DNA of 64,000 nucleotides from an uncultured Actinomycetota bacterium (GCA_963718235.1 CAVQYR010000001.1:224001-288000); one strand, 5' to 3'; shown: positions 39,803-52,654, counted from the stretch's first letter. Program-made: numbers and translations. Notes: generated by a model from the letters alone, not told the origin.

Positions 39803-39980
39803 CCGCGGCTGCAGCCCCGAGGGCCGTACCGACCCCCTGCCCGCGTAGGGGGAGTCACGCCGCCCCACGCCAGATCGGCCACGCCGTCCCCAGACGTGCC
39901 CGAGGGCCGGTTCTGACGGCACGGACCGGTAGGATCAGGGGGTCCCGGCCGCTGCGGCGGCCGTCGTCGTGATCGGTTGA

Positions 39981-42011
<2,031 letters not shown>

Positions 42012-42063
42012 CGCACGACTCGCACGCGTCGATGCCTGCCCACCCGGAAGGAACGCCTAGCCC

Positions 42064-44592
42064 GTGACCGAGACCACGCTCCCGCCCGAGGGCGGCCGCA
42101 TCGAGCCGGTCGAGCTCCAGTCGGAGATGAGCCGCTCGTACCTCGACTATGCGATGAGCGTCATCGTGAGCCGTGCGCTGCCCGACGTGCGAGACGGCCT
42201 CAAACCTGTGCACCGCCGCGTGCTCTACGCCATGTTCGACGGCGGGTACCGCCCCGACCGCGGCTACTCCAAGTGCTCACGGGTCGTGGGCGACGTGATG
42301 GGCCAGTACCACCCGCACGGCGACTCGGCGATCTACGACGCCCTGGTCCGGCTGGCCCAGCCGTGGTCGCTGCGCTACCCGCTGGTCGACGGCAACGGCA
42401 ACTTCGGCTCGCCGGGAAACGACCCGGCTGCGGCCATGCGGTACACCGAGGCCCGGTTGGCCCCCCTGGCCATGGAGATGATGCGCGACATCGACGAGGA
42501 GACCGTCGACTTCTCGCCGAACTACGACGGGCGCGCCCAAGAGCCGGACGTGCTGCCGAGCCGTTACCCCAACCTGCTCGTGAACGGCGCCTCCGGTATC
42601 GCCGTGGGCATGGCGACCAACATCCCTCCGCACAACCTGCGCGAGGTCGCCAGCGGCGTGCAGTGGCTGCTCGAGCACCCCGAGGCGTCGTCGGAGGAGC
42701 TCCTCGACGCGCTGCTGGAGCGAGTGAAGGGACCTGACTTCCCGACGCGCGGACTGATCGTCGGACGCCGCGGGATCGAAGAGGCCTACCGGACCGGCAG
42801 GGGCTCGATCACCATGCGGGCCGTCGTCGAGGTCGAGGAGATCAACAACCGCACTTGCGTGGTGGTGTCCGAGCTGCCCTACCAGGTCAACCCGGACAAC
42901 CTGGCGACGAAGATCGCCGACCTGGTCAAGGACGGCAAGATCGGCGGCATCGCGGACGTCCGCGACGAGGGCAACGAGCGGCTCGGGCAGCGCCTGGTCA
43001 TCGTGCTCAAGCGCGACGCCGTTGCGAAGGTCGTCCTCAACAACCTCTACAAGCACACACAGCTGCAGGACACGTTCGGCTGCAACATGCTCGCGCTGGT
43101 CGACGGCGTTCCGCGCACCCTTCGACTCGACGAGTTCGTCCGCTTCTACGTGACCCACCAGATCGAGGTCATTCGACGGCGCACGACCTATCGGCTGCGC
43201 AAGGCGGAGGAACGCGCTCACATCCTGCGCGGGCTGGTCAAGGCCCTCGACCAGCTCGACGCCGTCATCGCCTTGATCCGCAGCTCACCGAGTGCGGAGG
43301 AGGCGCGGGGCGGACTCATGGCCCTGCTCGACATCGACGAGCTGCAGGCGACCGCGATCCTCGACATGCAGCTGCGTCGCCTGGCTGCCCTCGAGAGGCA
43401 GAGGATCATCGACGACCTGGCCACGATCGAGGCCCAGATCGCCGAGCTGCAGGCGATCCTGGCCAGCGAGAGCCGGCAGCGGGCCATCGTCAGCGAGGAG
43501 CTCGCTGACGTCGCCGACAAGTTCGGCGACGAGCGCCGCACCCAGCTGGTGGCAGCCGACGGCGACATGTCCATGGAGGACCTCATCGCCGAAGAGGACG
43601 TCGTGGTGACCATCACGCGCGACGGGTACGCCAAGCGGACGAAGTCCGACCTGTACCGGGCCCAACGACGCGGTGGCAAGGGAGTGCGCGGGGCCGCGTT
43701 GAAGCTCGATGACATCGTCGAGCACCTGTTCACCACCACGACCCACCACTGGATCCTGTTCTTCACCAACCAGGGCCGGGTCTACCGACTGAAGGCGTAC
43801 GAGCTGCCCGAGGCCGCGCGCGACGCGCGCGGGCAGCACGTGGCCAACCTGCTGGCACTGCAGCCCGACGAGGTGATCGCGCAGGTCGTCGACCTGCGCG
43901 ACTACGAGCAGTCCCCCTACCTGGTGCTCGCCACCCGCAGGGGCATGGTCAAGAAGACCAGGCTGGTCGAGTACGACTCCACACGCAGCGGAGGAGTCAT
44001 CGCGATCAACCTGCGCGACGGCGACGAGGTCATCGCCGCCCTGCTGACCGACCCGGACGACGACCTGCTGCTGGTGTCGCGCAAGGGGCAGTCGGCACGG
44101 TTCCACGCCGACGACGAGACGTTGCGGCCGATGGCCCGGGCCACCCAGGGTGTCATCGGCATGCGGTTCCGGGCCCACGACGAGCTGCTGGCTGCGGCCG
44201 TGGTTCGGGCAGGTGCCTTCGTGGTCACCGTCACCGATGGCGGTTTCGCCAAGAAGACCAGCGTCGATGAGTGGACTCCCAAGGGTCGCGGCATCCTGGG
44301 GGTCAAGGCGATGCGCCTGCAGAGCGAGGAACGGGGAATCCTGGTCGGTGCCCTCGTCGTCGACGAGGCCGACGAGCTCTTCGCGATCAAGGGCAGCGGT
44401 GAGGTCATCCGCACCTCGGTCGACGAGGTGCGGGCCACCGGCCGCGACACGATGGGGGTCACCCTCACCACCGTGGCCGAGGGTGACGCCGTGGTCGCGG
44501 TGACCCGCAACGCGGAGGCCGCTGACGACGCGGAGGCAGGGCCCGATGAGCCGGACGAGGTGCCGGCTCCTGACCCCGGCGGGCCGCGATGA
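42064..44592 (+). CDS. gyrA: DNA gyrase subunit A
   Basis: [18 protein letters not shown], GyrA box QRRGGKG. Confidence 0.98.
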   Translation: MTETTLPPEGGRIEPVELQSEMSRSYLDYAMSVIVSRALPDVRDGLKPVHRRVLYAMFDGGYRPDRGYSKCSRVVGDVMGQYHPHGDSAIYDALVRLAQPWSLRYPLVDGNGNFGSPGNDPAAAMRYTEARLAPLAMEMMRDIDEETVDFSPNYDGRAQEPDVLPSRYPNLLVNGASGIAVGMATNIPPHNLREVASGVQWLLEHPEASSEELLDALLERVKGPDFPTRGLIVGRRGIEEAYRTGRGSITMRAVVEVEEINNRTCVVVSELPYQVNPDNLATKIADLVKDGKIGGIADVRDEGNERLGQRLVIVLKRDAVAKVVLNNLYKHTQLQDTFGCNMLALVDGVPRTLRLDEFVRFYVTHQIEVIRRRTTYRLRKAEERAHILRGLVKALDQLDAVIALIRSSPSAEEARGGLMALLDIDELQATAILDMQLRRLAALERQRIIDDLATIEAQIAELQAILASESRQRAIVSEELADVADKFGDERRTQLVAADGDMSMEDLIAEEDVVVTITRDGYAKRTKSDLYRAQRRGGKGVRGAALKLDDIVEHLFTTTTHHWILFFTNQGRVYRLKAYELPEAARDARGQHVANLLALQPDEVIAQVVDLRDYEQSPYLVLATRRGMVKKTRLVEYDSTRSGGVIAINLRDGDEVIAALLTDPDDDLLLVSRKGQSARFHADDETLRPMARATQGVIGMRFRAHDELLAAAVVRAGAFVVTVTDGGFAKKTSVDEWTPKGRGILGVKAMRLQSEERGILVGALVVDEADELFAIKGSGEVIRTSVDEVRATGRDTMGVTLTTVAEGDAVVAVTRNAEAADDAEAGPDEPDEVPAPDPGGPR

Positions 44593-45290
44593 GCACGTCG
44601 GGCCAGGGGCGGCCACCCGTCCCCCGACGCACGACGCCGCCGTCAGCGCGACCGACGGCGACGCCCTCGGCGCGACCCACGACGACTCCTGCGGCCCGGC
44701 CGAGCAGCCCGGCCCCGAAGGTGACGCCGGCTCCCAAGGTGACCCCTGACCCGGCCAAGACCCATGGTCCGGGGGCTCCCAAGGTGACCCCTGACCCGGC
44801 CAAGACCCATGGTCCGGCACCCCGGGTCGCGCCGGCTGCTCCGTCGTCCGATCGGCCGGCCTCCCCAAGGGCCAACGCCGACCCGGGAGCCATGCTCGCC
44901 GTCTCGCCGGGAGGCACTCCGGTGCAGCGGGTGCGTCGAGCCCGGCTCACGGTGACGACGCTCGACCCGTGGACGGTGATGCGGATGAGCTTCCTGCTGT
45001 CCGTCGCGGTCGCGGTGATCACGGTGGTGGCCGTGGTGTTGTTGTGGACGCTGCTCGCGGCCGCGGGTGTGTTCACCTCGGTGGAGGGCACCGTCGACGA
45101 CATCGTGGGTGAGGGCGGAGTCGCGATCACCCAGTACTTCGGTCTCGGCCGGATCCTGGCCTACTCGCTGGTCGTCGGTGTGGTCGACATCGTGCTGATC
45201 ACAGCGGTGGCCACCGTGGGCGCCTTCCTGTACAACCTGGCGGCGAGCCTGGTCGGAGGCATCGAGATCACGGTCACCGAGGAGCCGTAG
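44589..45290 (+). CDS. DUF3566 membrane protein
   Basis: [32 protein letters not shown]; follows gyrA. Confidence 0.9.
   Translation: MSTSGQGRPPVPRRTTPPSARPTATPSARPTTTPAARPSSPAPKVTPAPKVTPDPAKTHGPGAPKVTPDPAKTHGPAPRVAPAAPSSDRPASPRANADPGAMLAVSPGGTPVQRVRRARLTVTTLDPWTVMRMSFLLSVAVAVITVVAVVLLWTLLAAAGVFTSVEGTVDDIVGEGGVAITQYFGLGRILAYSLVVGVVDIVLITAVATVGAFLYNLAASLVGGIEITVTEEP
44729..44817. repeat. 45-bp tandem duplication ([15 protein letters not shown] x2)
   Basis: GGCTCCCAAGGTGACCCCTGACCCGGCCAAGACCCATGGTCCGG twice. Confidence 0.92.
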
Positions 45291-45329
45291 GGCTCGTCCA
45301 TGCCTGCGACGAAACCGTCCGGCTGCGGT

Positions 45330-45358
45330 TTGGGTGGGCTTTGCCCGTGGGGTAGCCT
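45330..45358 (+). promoter_or_regulatory. Putative promoter of the tRNA-Ile unit
   Basis: TTGGGT-N17-TAGCCT. Confidence 0.5.
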
Positions 45359-45371
45359 TCCGGTCTGCTCG

Positions 45372-45446
45372 GGGCCTATAGCTCAGCTCGGTTAGAGCGC
45401 TTCCCTGATAAGGAAGAGGTCGGTGGTTCAAGTCCACCTAGGCCCA
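45372..45446 (+). tRNA. tRNA-Ile(GAT)
   Basis: Acceptor GGGCCTA/TAGGCCC; anticodon arm CTTCC-CTGATAA-GGAAG; GTTCAAGTC; CCA not encoded. Confidence 0.97.
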
Positions 45447-45492
45447 CTCCCGGCTCCCTCGACCGGGTGACCGCAACGAACCGGAGTCTCAC

Positions 45493-45663
45493 GTGAAGAA
45501 GCTGCTCATCCTCGCGGTCGCCGCGGCCGCCGGATACGTCGTGTACCGCAAGGTCCAGCAGGACAAGGCCGAGCAAGACCTCTGGAACGAGGCCATCTTC
45601 GACGACGAGACGTCGGAGCCGACGCCGGCCGCCGCGGGTGCGCCGGTGGTCGACCTGCGTTGA
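45493..45663 (+). CDS. DLW-39 family small membrane protein (56 aa)
   Basis: MKKLLILAVAAAAGYVVYRKVQQDKAEQDLWNEA...; GGAG RBS; between tRNA-Ile and tRNA-Ala. Confidence 0.85.
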   Translation: MKKLLILAVAAAAGYVVYRKVQQDKAEQDLWNEAIFDDETSEPTPAAAGAPVVDLR

Positions 45664-45670
45664 CCCGTTC

Positions 45671-45743
45671 GGGGACGTAGCTCAACTGGCAGAGCACCGC
45701 CTTTGCAAGGCGGGGGTTAGGGGTTCAAGTCCCCTCGTCTCCA
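45671..45743 (+). tRNA. tRNA-Ala(TGC)
   Basis: Acceptor GGGGACG/CGTCTCC with G3:U70; CCGCC-TTTGCAA-GGCGG; CCA not encoded. Confidence 0.97.
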
Positions 45744-45789
45744 CTGCGTGCCCAAGGGCTCTCGGGGGCCGGGCGTGTTTGGGGGGTCC

Positions 45790-46602
45790 ATGGAACCGGT
45801 CGGTCGCCGGCGCGTGCTGCTCGGTGCTGCTGGTGCCGGCGCAGTCGTCGCGGCCGGGGCGGTGGGCTGGTCGCTCGCCTCTGATCGGGTCGCGCGGTCG
45901 CTGGGGCTTGGACCGGACCCGTTCATCCCGACGGCGCCGGAGGGCGTCATCACGCTGGAGACCGTGCACTCCGACGCCCGTGGCGCCGACGTCCAGCTGT
46001 TCACCGCGGTCCCGGACGGTTTCGGTGAAGGGGAGGGCCTGCCCGTCGTCGTCGTCCTGCACGGGGCCAGCGGCCGCCCCTCGCAGTACCAGGAGTTCGG
46101 TCTTGGCCGGTTCCTCACCGCCGCCGTGGAAGCCGGTGCGGCACCCTTCGTGCTCGCTGGCGCCGACGGGGGCACGCTGCGGTGGGAGCCCCAGCCCGAC
46201 GGCGACGACCCGCAGCGGATGGTGCGCGAGGAGCTGCCGCGGTGGCTGGACGAACGTGGGTTCGATGCCACGCGGCGCGCGGTGTGGGGGTGGTCGATGG
46301 GCGGCTACGGCGCCCTTCGACTGGCCCAGGATGCGCCGCGCTGGTCACGGGCGACGGCGACGTTCAGCCCGGCGGTGGCCGTTGGCGACCCCGTGTTCGG
46401 CAACGTCGCCCGGCTGGCCGGTCAGACCCTCGGCATGTGGTGTGGCACGCAGGACCCGTTCATCGACGCCGTCCGGGCGCTGGTCGACGTGCTCCCCCAG
46501 CCGCCGGTCATCGCGTCCTTCACTCCCGGCGCGCACACCCGGGTCTACTGGAACGACCAGACCCTCGACGCGTTCGAGTTCCTCTCCTCGTCGCTGCAGT
46601 GA
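45790..46602 (+). CDS. Putative Tat-exported alpha/beta hydrolase (esterase)
   Basis: GRRRVLL signal; VVVLHG; GWSMGG nucleophile elbow; GTQDPF; GAH. Confidence 0.82.
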   Translation: MEPVGRRRVLLGAAGAGAVVAAGAVGWSLASDRVARSLGLGPDPFIPTAPEGVITLETVHSDARGADVQLFTAVPDGFGEGEGLPVVVVLHGASGRPSQYQEFGLGRFLTAAVEAGAAPFVLAGADGGTLRWEPQPDGDDPQRMVREELPRWLDERGFDATRRAVWGWSMGGYGALRLAQDAPRWSRATATFSPAVAVGDPVFGNVARLAGQTLGMWCGTQDPFIDAVRALVDVLPQPPVIASFTPGAHTRVYWNDQTLDAFEFLSSSLQ

Positions 46603-46652
46603 GGGCTGTGCGAGGATCGAGTCGTCGTTTCCGCCTTCGAAAGGCCCGTGCC

Positions 46653-47183
46653 GTGGCTGAGCAGCTGTTCGCGACCCTGAAGACCACCCAGGGCGACATC
46701 CGCCTCGAGCTGTACCCCGACCATGCCCCGAAGACCGTCGCCAACTTCGTCGAGCTGGCCGAGGGAACGCGCGAGTGGACCGACCCGCGCACGGGGCAGA
46801 AGAGCACGGCGCCGCTCTACGACGGCACCCAGTTCCACCGGGTGATCCCGGGCTTCATGATCCAGGGCGGCGACCCCCTGGGCACCGGCACGGGAGGACC
46901 GGGCTACCGGTTCGCCGACGAGGCGCACCCCGAGCTGCAGTTCAACGACCCGTACCTGCTCGCCATGGCCAACGCCGGCCCGAACACCAACGGCTCGCAG
47001 TTCTTCGTGACCGTCGCAGCAACGCCGTGGCTGAACTTCAAGCACACGATCTTCGGGGTCGTGGCCGACGCCGACAGCCGCGCGGTGGTCGACGCGATCG
47101 TGGCCACGCCCACAGGCCCCGGTGACCGGCCGACGACGCCGGTGGTCGTCGAGTCGGTCGTGATCGACCGCGTCTCCGGGTGA
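46653..47183 (+). CDS. ppiA: Cyclophilin peptidyl-prolyl isomerase
   Basis: FHRVIPGFMIQGGDP, AMANAGPNTNGSQFF, HTIFG. Confidence 0.96.
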   Translation: MAEQLFATLKTTQGDIRLELYPDHAPKTVANFVELAEGTREWTDPRTGQKSTAPLYDGTQFHRVIPGFMIQGGDPLGTGTGGPGYRFADEAHPELQFNDPYLLAMANAGPNTNGSQFFVTVAATPWLNFKHTIFGVVADADSRAVVDAIVATPTGPGDRPTTPVVVESVVIDRVSG

Positions 47184-47201
47184 CTGGTCGGTCGCACGCC
47201 C

Positions 47202-48098
47202 GTGAGTGAGGCCGCGGCAGCCCAGCCGCCGGGGGTCGTTCCACCGACGTGCTACCGGCACCCTGATCGCGAGACCTACATCCGGTGCACGCGCTGCGAC
47301 CGGCCCATCTGTCCGGACTGCATGCGTGAGGCCCCGGTGGGCTTCCAGTGCCCGGAGTGCGTGGCCGAGGCGGGACGTGCGGTCAAGCAGGGGCGCACGG
47401 TTGCGGGTGGGCGGGTGCACGGGGACCCCATCCTGGTCACCAAGGTGCTCCTGGCCACTAACGTGCTGCTGTTCATCGGCCAGACCGTCACCAGTGACGC
47501 CCTGACCCAGCGTTTCCTCCTGGCCGGAGCCCCCGTCGCGGCCGGCGAGTGGTGGCGCCTGCTCACCTCGGCATTCCTGCACGTCAGTGTCACTCACCTG
47601 CTGTTCAACATGCTGGCGCTGTGGATCGTCGGAGGGGCGATCGAACCCCGCCTGGGTCGGGCGCGCTACCTCACCGTGTACCTCGTCAGCGCCCTGGCTG
47701 GATCGGTGCTCTCCTACGTCGTCGACCCGATATACGCCAGCTCGGTCGGTGCCTCGGGTGCGGTCTTCGGACTGTTCGGGTCGCTGTTCGTCCTGGCGCT
47801 GCGGCTGCGGATCGACGTCCGCGGAGTGGTGGCGATCATCGCGATCAACGTGGTCATCGGGTTCATCCCCGCGTTCAACATCAACTGGCGGGCGCATCTG
47901 GGCGGTCTGGTCGCCGGCGCGCTGCTGACCGCCTGCATGGTCTACGCCCCGCAGGCCAAGCGCACGCTGGTCGCCGTCGTGGCGTCGGTCGTGGTCGTGA
48001 CGGTCTGCATCGGCTTCGCCCTGTGGCGCACGGAGCTGATCCGGTCGTGCGTCGACGGCACGCGTCCGTTCAGTGAGTGCAGCTCGCTCGTCGAGTAA
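47202..48098 (+). CDS. Rhomboid intramembrane serine protease with N-terminal zinc-finger
   Basis: CYRHP..CTRC..CPDC..CPEC; WWRLLTSAFLH; GASG; AHLGG. Confidence 0.95.
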   Translation: MSEAAAAQPPGVVPPTCYRHPDRETYIRCTRCDRPICPDCMREAPVGFQCPECVAEAGRAVKQGRTVAGGRVHGDPILVTKVLLATNVLLFIGQTVTSDALTQRFLLAGAPVAAGEWWRLLTSAFLHVSVTHLLFNMLALWIVGGAIEPRLGRARYLTVYLVSALAGSVLSYVVDPIYASSVGASGAVFGLFGSLFVLALRLRIDVRGVVAIIAINVVIGFIPAFNINWRAHLGGLVAGALLTACMVYAPQAKRTLVAVVASVVVVTVCIGFALWRTELIRSCVDGTRPFSECSSLVE

Positions 48099-48111
48099 GG
48101 AGGCACGGGTC

Positions 48112-49278
48112 GTGCGTGACGCGGTGGTGGTGTCTGCGGTTCGGACGCCGATCGGTCGGCGCAGCGGGGTGCTGTCCGCCGTCCACCCGGTCGACCTCTC
48201 GGCGGTCGTGCTCACCGCGCTGACCGAGCGCACCGGGCTGGACCCGGCCGTCGTCGACGACGTGCTGTGGGGCTGTGTCTCCCAGGCCGGCGAGCAGACC
48301 AGCAACGTCGCGCGCAGCGCCGTGCTCGCCGCCGGCTGGCCGGAGTCGGTGCCGGGAGTGACCATCGACCGTCAGTGCGGCTCCAGCCAGCAGGCCCTGG
48401 CGTTCGCGGCCGCCGGCCTGGTCAGCGGACAGTACGACGTCGTCGTCGCCGGGGGTGTGGAGTCGATGTCCCGGGTGCCCTTGGGCTCCTCGGCCGCAGG
48501 GGCCGACCCGTTCGGTCCCGGCGTACGGTCGCGTTACGCCGATGCCTTGGCGAAGGCCGGCGTGGCGACCTTCGACCAGGGCGTCGGTGCGGAGCTCGTC
48601 GCCGCGCGGTGGGGGCTGGACCGCGAGCGGCTGGACGCGTTCGCCTGGGAGTCCCACCAGCGCGCGGCGACGGCCGCCGACGCCGGGGCCTTCGACGAGG
48701 AGATCGTCGCGGTGACCACCCCCGACGGACACGTGGTCACCGCCGACGAGGGGATCCGACGGGACTCGACCCTCGAACGGCTGGCCACGCTGCCGACTCC
48801 GTTCCGTTCGGACGGTGTGGTGACCGCCGGCTCGTCCAGCCAGATCAGCGACGGTGCGGCCGCGCTGCTGATGACGACGTCACGGCTGGCGGCCCGGTAC
48901 GGCTGGAAGCCGCTGGCCCGGGTGCACACCACCGTGCTCGCGGCAGCCGACCCGGTGCAGATGCTGACGGCACCGATCCCAGCGACCCACCGCCTGCTGG
49001 GGCGAGCCGGGGTGTCACTGCCCGAGGTCGACGCCTACGAGGTGAACGAGGCGTTCGCCCCCGTTCCACTGGCCTGGCTGGCCGAGACGGGTGCGGACCC
49101 GAGCCGGCTGAACCCCAGGGGCGGCGCGATCGCGCTGGGTCATCCGCTGGGGGCGTCGGGAGCCCGCCTGACCACCACGCTGCTGCACTACCTGCGCCAG
49201 ACCGGTGGACGGATCGGGCTGCAGACCATGTGCGAGGGCGGCGGCCAGGCCAACGCCACCCTCTTCACCCGCCCCTGA
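48112..49278 (+). CDS. Acetyl-CoA C-acyltransferase (thiolase)
   Basis: IDRQCGSS, NEAFA, GHPLGASG, MCEGGG. Confidence 0.95.
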   Translation: MRDAVVVSAVRTPIGRRSGVLSAVHPVDLSAVVLTALTERTGLDPAVVDDVLWGCVSQAGEQTSNVARSAVLAAGWPESVPGVTIDRQCGSSQQALAFAAAGLVSGQYDVVVAGGVESMSRVPLGSSAAGADPFGPGVRSRYADALAKAGVATFDQGVGAELVAARWGLDRERLDAFAWESHQRAATAADAGAFDEEIVAVTTPDGHVVTADEGIRRDSTLERLATLPTPFRSDGVVTAGSSSQISDGAAALLMTTSRLAARYGWKPLARVHTTVLAAADPVQMLTAPIPATHRLLGRAGVSLPEVDAYEVNEAFAPVPLAWLAETGADPSRLNPRGGAIALGHPLGASGARLTTTLLHYLRQTGGRIGLQTMCEGGGQANATLFTRP

Positions 49279-49347
49279 TCTCGGCACACGATCGGGTTTG
49301 CTGATCGTGTGCCGAGAACCGGGCCTCCCACCGCCAGCAAAGGCACG

Positions 49348-50740
49348 TCACCGTCGGTCAAGGGGGACGGCGGGCGGACGACGGCGCACCCGCGCGTACC
49401 GGCAGCCGGAGAGGTCGAGCTGGAGGTGCTGACCGTCGACCTCGACGTCGAAGGCCACCGTGTCCGGTGAGTGCTCGCCGCCGACGCCGAACCGGGTCCG
49501 GTCGAGGGGAGCGAGCTCCTCGCGCGACCCGCTGACCGGGTCGGCCAGCTGCAGCGTCTCCCCCGCGCGCACGACCTCCACGGTGGGGACCCACGGGTTG
49601 TACGAGCGGTACAGGCCGACGAGCGGCTCCCACTCGGCTCGCCCTTGGGGATCGTCGACCACGGGTCTCAAGGTCGCCGAGGGCTCGACGGCCTCGATCG
49701 CGGCACCGAGGTCGGCGCGCAGCCGGTCGAGGACGAATCGGTTGGCCGCGGAGACGTCACAGTGTCCGTTCACCAGCAAGGCGGTGCCGATGCCCAGAGC
49801 CGGGTCCACCCGCACGTCGGCGTACAGGCCGACCATCCCGCCGCTGTGGCCGAGGGTCCCTCCCTCGTCCGCGCGGGCGGCCCACGTCGTCGTAGCTGCT
49901 GAGGCCGTACCCGTACGACTCGGCTTCGTCGACCCGCACGTGTCGCCCGCGCAGGACGTCGAACTGCTCGCGACCCAGCACCCCGGGCGTTTCGCCGCGC
50001 AGGAGGAACCGCAGGTAGACGGCCACGTCCTCGGGGGTGGCCACGATGGAGCCGTCGGCGGTGCAAGTGGGGAACCACTGGTCGGGGACCTGGTCGGTGT
50101 CGGCGAGCCACAGCACGTCGTCGCGCGGTGGTCGGTGGCCGTGCACGTCACGCGTCCGGTCCGCCGCGACCACCGAGCCGGACGCGCCGTCCATCCCCAG
50201 CGGGCGCAGCACGTGGGTGAGCAGGTGCTCCTCGACCGGCACCCCGGTGAGCTGTTCGACGACGTCACCCAGCATCTCGTACCCGCAGTTGGAGTAGTGG
50301 AACCCACCCCCCGGCGGCTGGGGGTTGCCGACCAGGCCCTGGACGGCGGTCTCCAGCCGGGAGTCGGTGCTCCACTCACTTCCGGTCGGCAGCCCGCCGG
50401 TGTGGGTGAGCAGGTGGTGCAGCCTCAGGTCCTGGTGAACGTGGCGGGCCCATGGCAGGTGCGCCACGACGGGGTCGGTGACCGACACCTGGCCGGCGGC
50501 CTGCAGCTGCAGCAGTGCGATCGCGGTGAAGGCCTTGGAGACCGACCCGATCTGCCACCGCTGCTCCGCGGACAGCGGGCGACGCGTGCCGGCGTCGGCC
50601 ACTCCGGAGAGTGCGACGAGGCCGGTTCGGGTCGAGTCCGTGACGACCAGCGCGACCCCTGGCACCCGGCGAAGCCGCTGCCAGTCGCCGACCCAACGGG
50701 CGGTCTCGGCGAGCGAGCGGTCGGAGACGGTGCGGGCCAC
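49348..50740 (-). pseudogene. Beta-lactamase-family serine hydrolase split by a frameshift near 49855-49890
   Basis: SxxK (GSVSK), LLTHTGG and YSN in ORF 49757-50740; GHSGG and C-terminal domain in the frame ending at 49348. Confidence 0.78.
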
Positions 50741-50766
50741 GGCCCGGAATCTACCCGCGGCCGCGT

Positions 50767-50798
50767 TCGTCCACAGAGGTTGTCCCCACTGTGGACCG
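50767..50798. promoter_or_regulatory. Cluster of three DnaA-box-like sites downstream of crgA
   Basis: TCGTCCACA, TTGTCCCCA, TGTGGACCG within 32 bp. Confidence 0.65.
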
Positions 50799-50823
50799 AC
50801 TCACACGACTGTGTTTTCCCAGG

Positions 50824-51084
50824 TCAGCGCCAGCGCGTGGCCACCATCAGTCCGGCGAAGATCAGGCCGAACCCGATGAACAGGTTGGCGATGCCCCAGT
50901 TCTGCATGCCGGGGATCGAGTCTCCGGCGAGGTACCACAGCACGATCCAGAGCAGGCCGAGCACGAAGAGCGTGACCATCACCGGCGCCACCCAGCGACT
51001 GGGCAGGCGCGAGGCGGAGGTGCGCTTGGCGGGCGGCGGGGTGAACCCGTCGTCCTTCTTCTTGCGGATCCGCGACTTGGGCAC
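50824..51084 (-). CDS. crgA: Cell division protein CrgA
   Basis: PKSRIRKK..., two TM, ends TRWR; GAGGAGG RBS. Confidence 0.95.
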   Translation of the reverse strand: MPKSRIRKKKDDGFTPPPAKRTSASRLPSRWVAPVMVTLFVLGLLWIVLWYLAGDSIPGMQNWGIANLFIGFGLIFAGLMVATRWR

Positions 51085-51184
51085 GGGTCCTCCTCGTTCG
51101 GGTCGTTCGTCGGGTGGGTGGTCGAGAGGCTGCGATCGTTGGCCTAGCGTAGTCGGCACCGCTTCGGTCACCGGGAGGACGACG

Positions 51185-51928
51185 ATGGGCACGGCTCCGA
51201 CCGCCACGTCGTCGCGCGGGTGGCGCTGGGTTCTCCCGGTGACCTTGGCCGTGACCGGGCTGGTCGTGGTCGCCGGGGCGCACACGGCAGCCGGCACCGA
51301 CCTGCGCGGTGACGAGCAGACCCGCCTGGTCGACCTGGTCGTCGAGCAGAACGCCCGAGTCGACGCGATCACCGCCGACGTCGACGCCCTGCGCCGCGCG
51401 GTCGACGCGGCCGCTGCCGCCCAGCGCGACGGTCGGGTGGGCGACGAGCTGGCGCAGCGCGTCGTGTCGCTGGGCCAGGTGGTGGGGGTGCACCCCGCCC
51501 GGGGGCAGGGTCTTCGGGTCGCCCTGGACGACGCCAGCGTCCCCGAGAGCGGCGTCCCCGAGGGGTTCGCCCCCGACGACTACGTCGTGCACCAGCAGGA
51601 CGTGCAGGGCGTCGTCAACGCGCTGTGGGCCGGCGGCGCTGAGGCGATCCAGGTGATGGACCAGCGCATCGTGGCGACCAGCGCCGTCCGGTGCGTGGGG
51701 AACACCTTGATCCTGCAGGGGCGGGTCTACGCACCCCCCTTCACCATCACCGCCATCGGCCCGCCCGACCGGCTCAGCCGAGCCCTGGACGCAGCGCCGT
51801 CGGTGCAGGTGTACCGGCAGTGGGCCGACCTGGTCGGACTCGGCTTCGACGTCGAGGAGCTGGACGCCGTCTCCCTCCCCGGGTACGAGGGAAGCCTCGA
51901 CCTCACGTTCGCGCGGGCGGCCCCGTGA
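51185..51928 (+). CDS. DUF881 domain protein
   Basis: VVHQQDVQGVVNALWAGGAEA, RCVGNTL. Confidence 0.92.
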   Translation: MGTAPTATSSRGWRWVLPVTLAVTGLVVVAGAHTAAGTDLRGDEQTRLVDLVVEQNARVDAITADVDALRRAVDAAAAAQRDGRVGDELAQRVVSLGQVVGVHPARGQGLRVALDDASVPESGVPEGFAPDDYVVHQQDVQGVVNALWAGGAEAIQVMDQRIVATSAVRCVGNTLILQGRVYAPPFTITAIGPPDRLSRALDAAPSVQVYRQWADLVGLGFDVEELDAVSLPGYEGSLDLTFARAAP

Positions 51929-52653
51929 CCAAGGTGCTGCTGCTGCCGATGTCGCGCCGGCCGAGCCGGCGACCGACGGGTTGGCGCCTGGCCGCCCGAG
52001 TGCTCGGGGAGTTGCTGGTCACCTCGGGCTGCGTGGTCCTGCTGTTCGTGGTGTACCAGCTGTGGTGGACCAACGTCGAGGCAGACCGGGCGGCGTCAGC
52101 GGTCACGTCGCAGCTGGAACAGCAGTGGAGCGTCGACGACGGCTCGCCCACCCAGCGTCAGGAGTTCCCACCCGCCCTGAGGAACGGGCAGGGTTTCGCC
52201 CTGCTGTCGATCCCGCGGCTCGGCGAGCGCTGGCAGGCGCCGGTCGTGCAGGGGGTGACGCTCGACGACCTGGCCAAGGGGGTCGGGCACTACCCCGACT
52301 CGGCGCTGCCCGGTGAGGTCGGCAACTTCGCCATGGCGGGGCACCGGGCGACCAACGGCGAGCCGTTCGCCTACCTGGACCGGGTTCGCGCGGGCGATCT
52401 CGTCGTGGTCGAGACGCGTACGACCTACTACACCTACCGGATGGACGACTGGTACCTGGTTCCACCGACGCAGGTGGAGGTCGTCGCCCCTGTGCCCAAC
52501 AAGCCCGACGCGACGCCCAGGGCGAGGTACATCACCCTGACCACCTGCAACCCTCGCTGGGCGTCGTACGAACGCCTCATCGTGCACGGTGTCCTCGTCC
52601 ACTCCAGTCCGAAGTCCGACGGACCGCCCGCTGCACTGACCGAAGGAGGGTGA
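51925..52653 (+). CDS. Class E sortase
   Basis: N-terminal TM, GVGHYP, AGHR, TLTTCNP, RLIV. Confidence 0.93.
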   Translation: MTKVLLLPMSRRPSRRPTGWRLAARVLGELLVTSGCVVLLFVVYQLWWTNVEADRAASAVTSQLEQQWSVDDGSPTQRQEFPPALRNGQGFALLSIPRLGERWQAPVVQGVTLDDLAKGVGHYPDSALPGEVGNFAMAGHRATNGEPFAYLDRVRAGDLVVVETRTTYYTYRMDDWYLVPPTQVEVVAPVPNKPDATPRARYITLTTCNPRWASYERLIVHGVLVHSSPKSDGPPAALTEGG

Positions 52654-52654
52654 C

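Noticed and set aside
49460-51184. 822-aa ORF fused to DUF881
   Set aside because: The upstream part is antisense to the hydrolase and crgA; an RBS supports start at 51185
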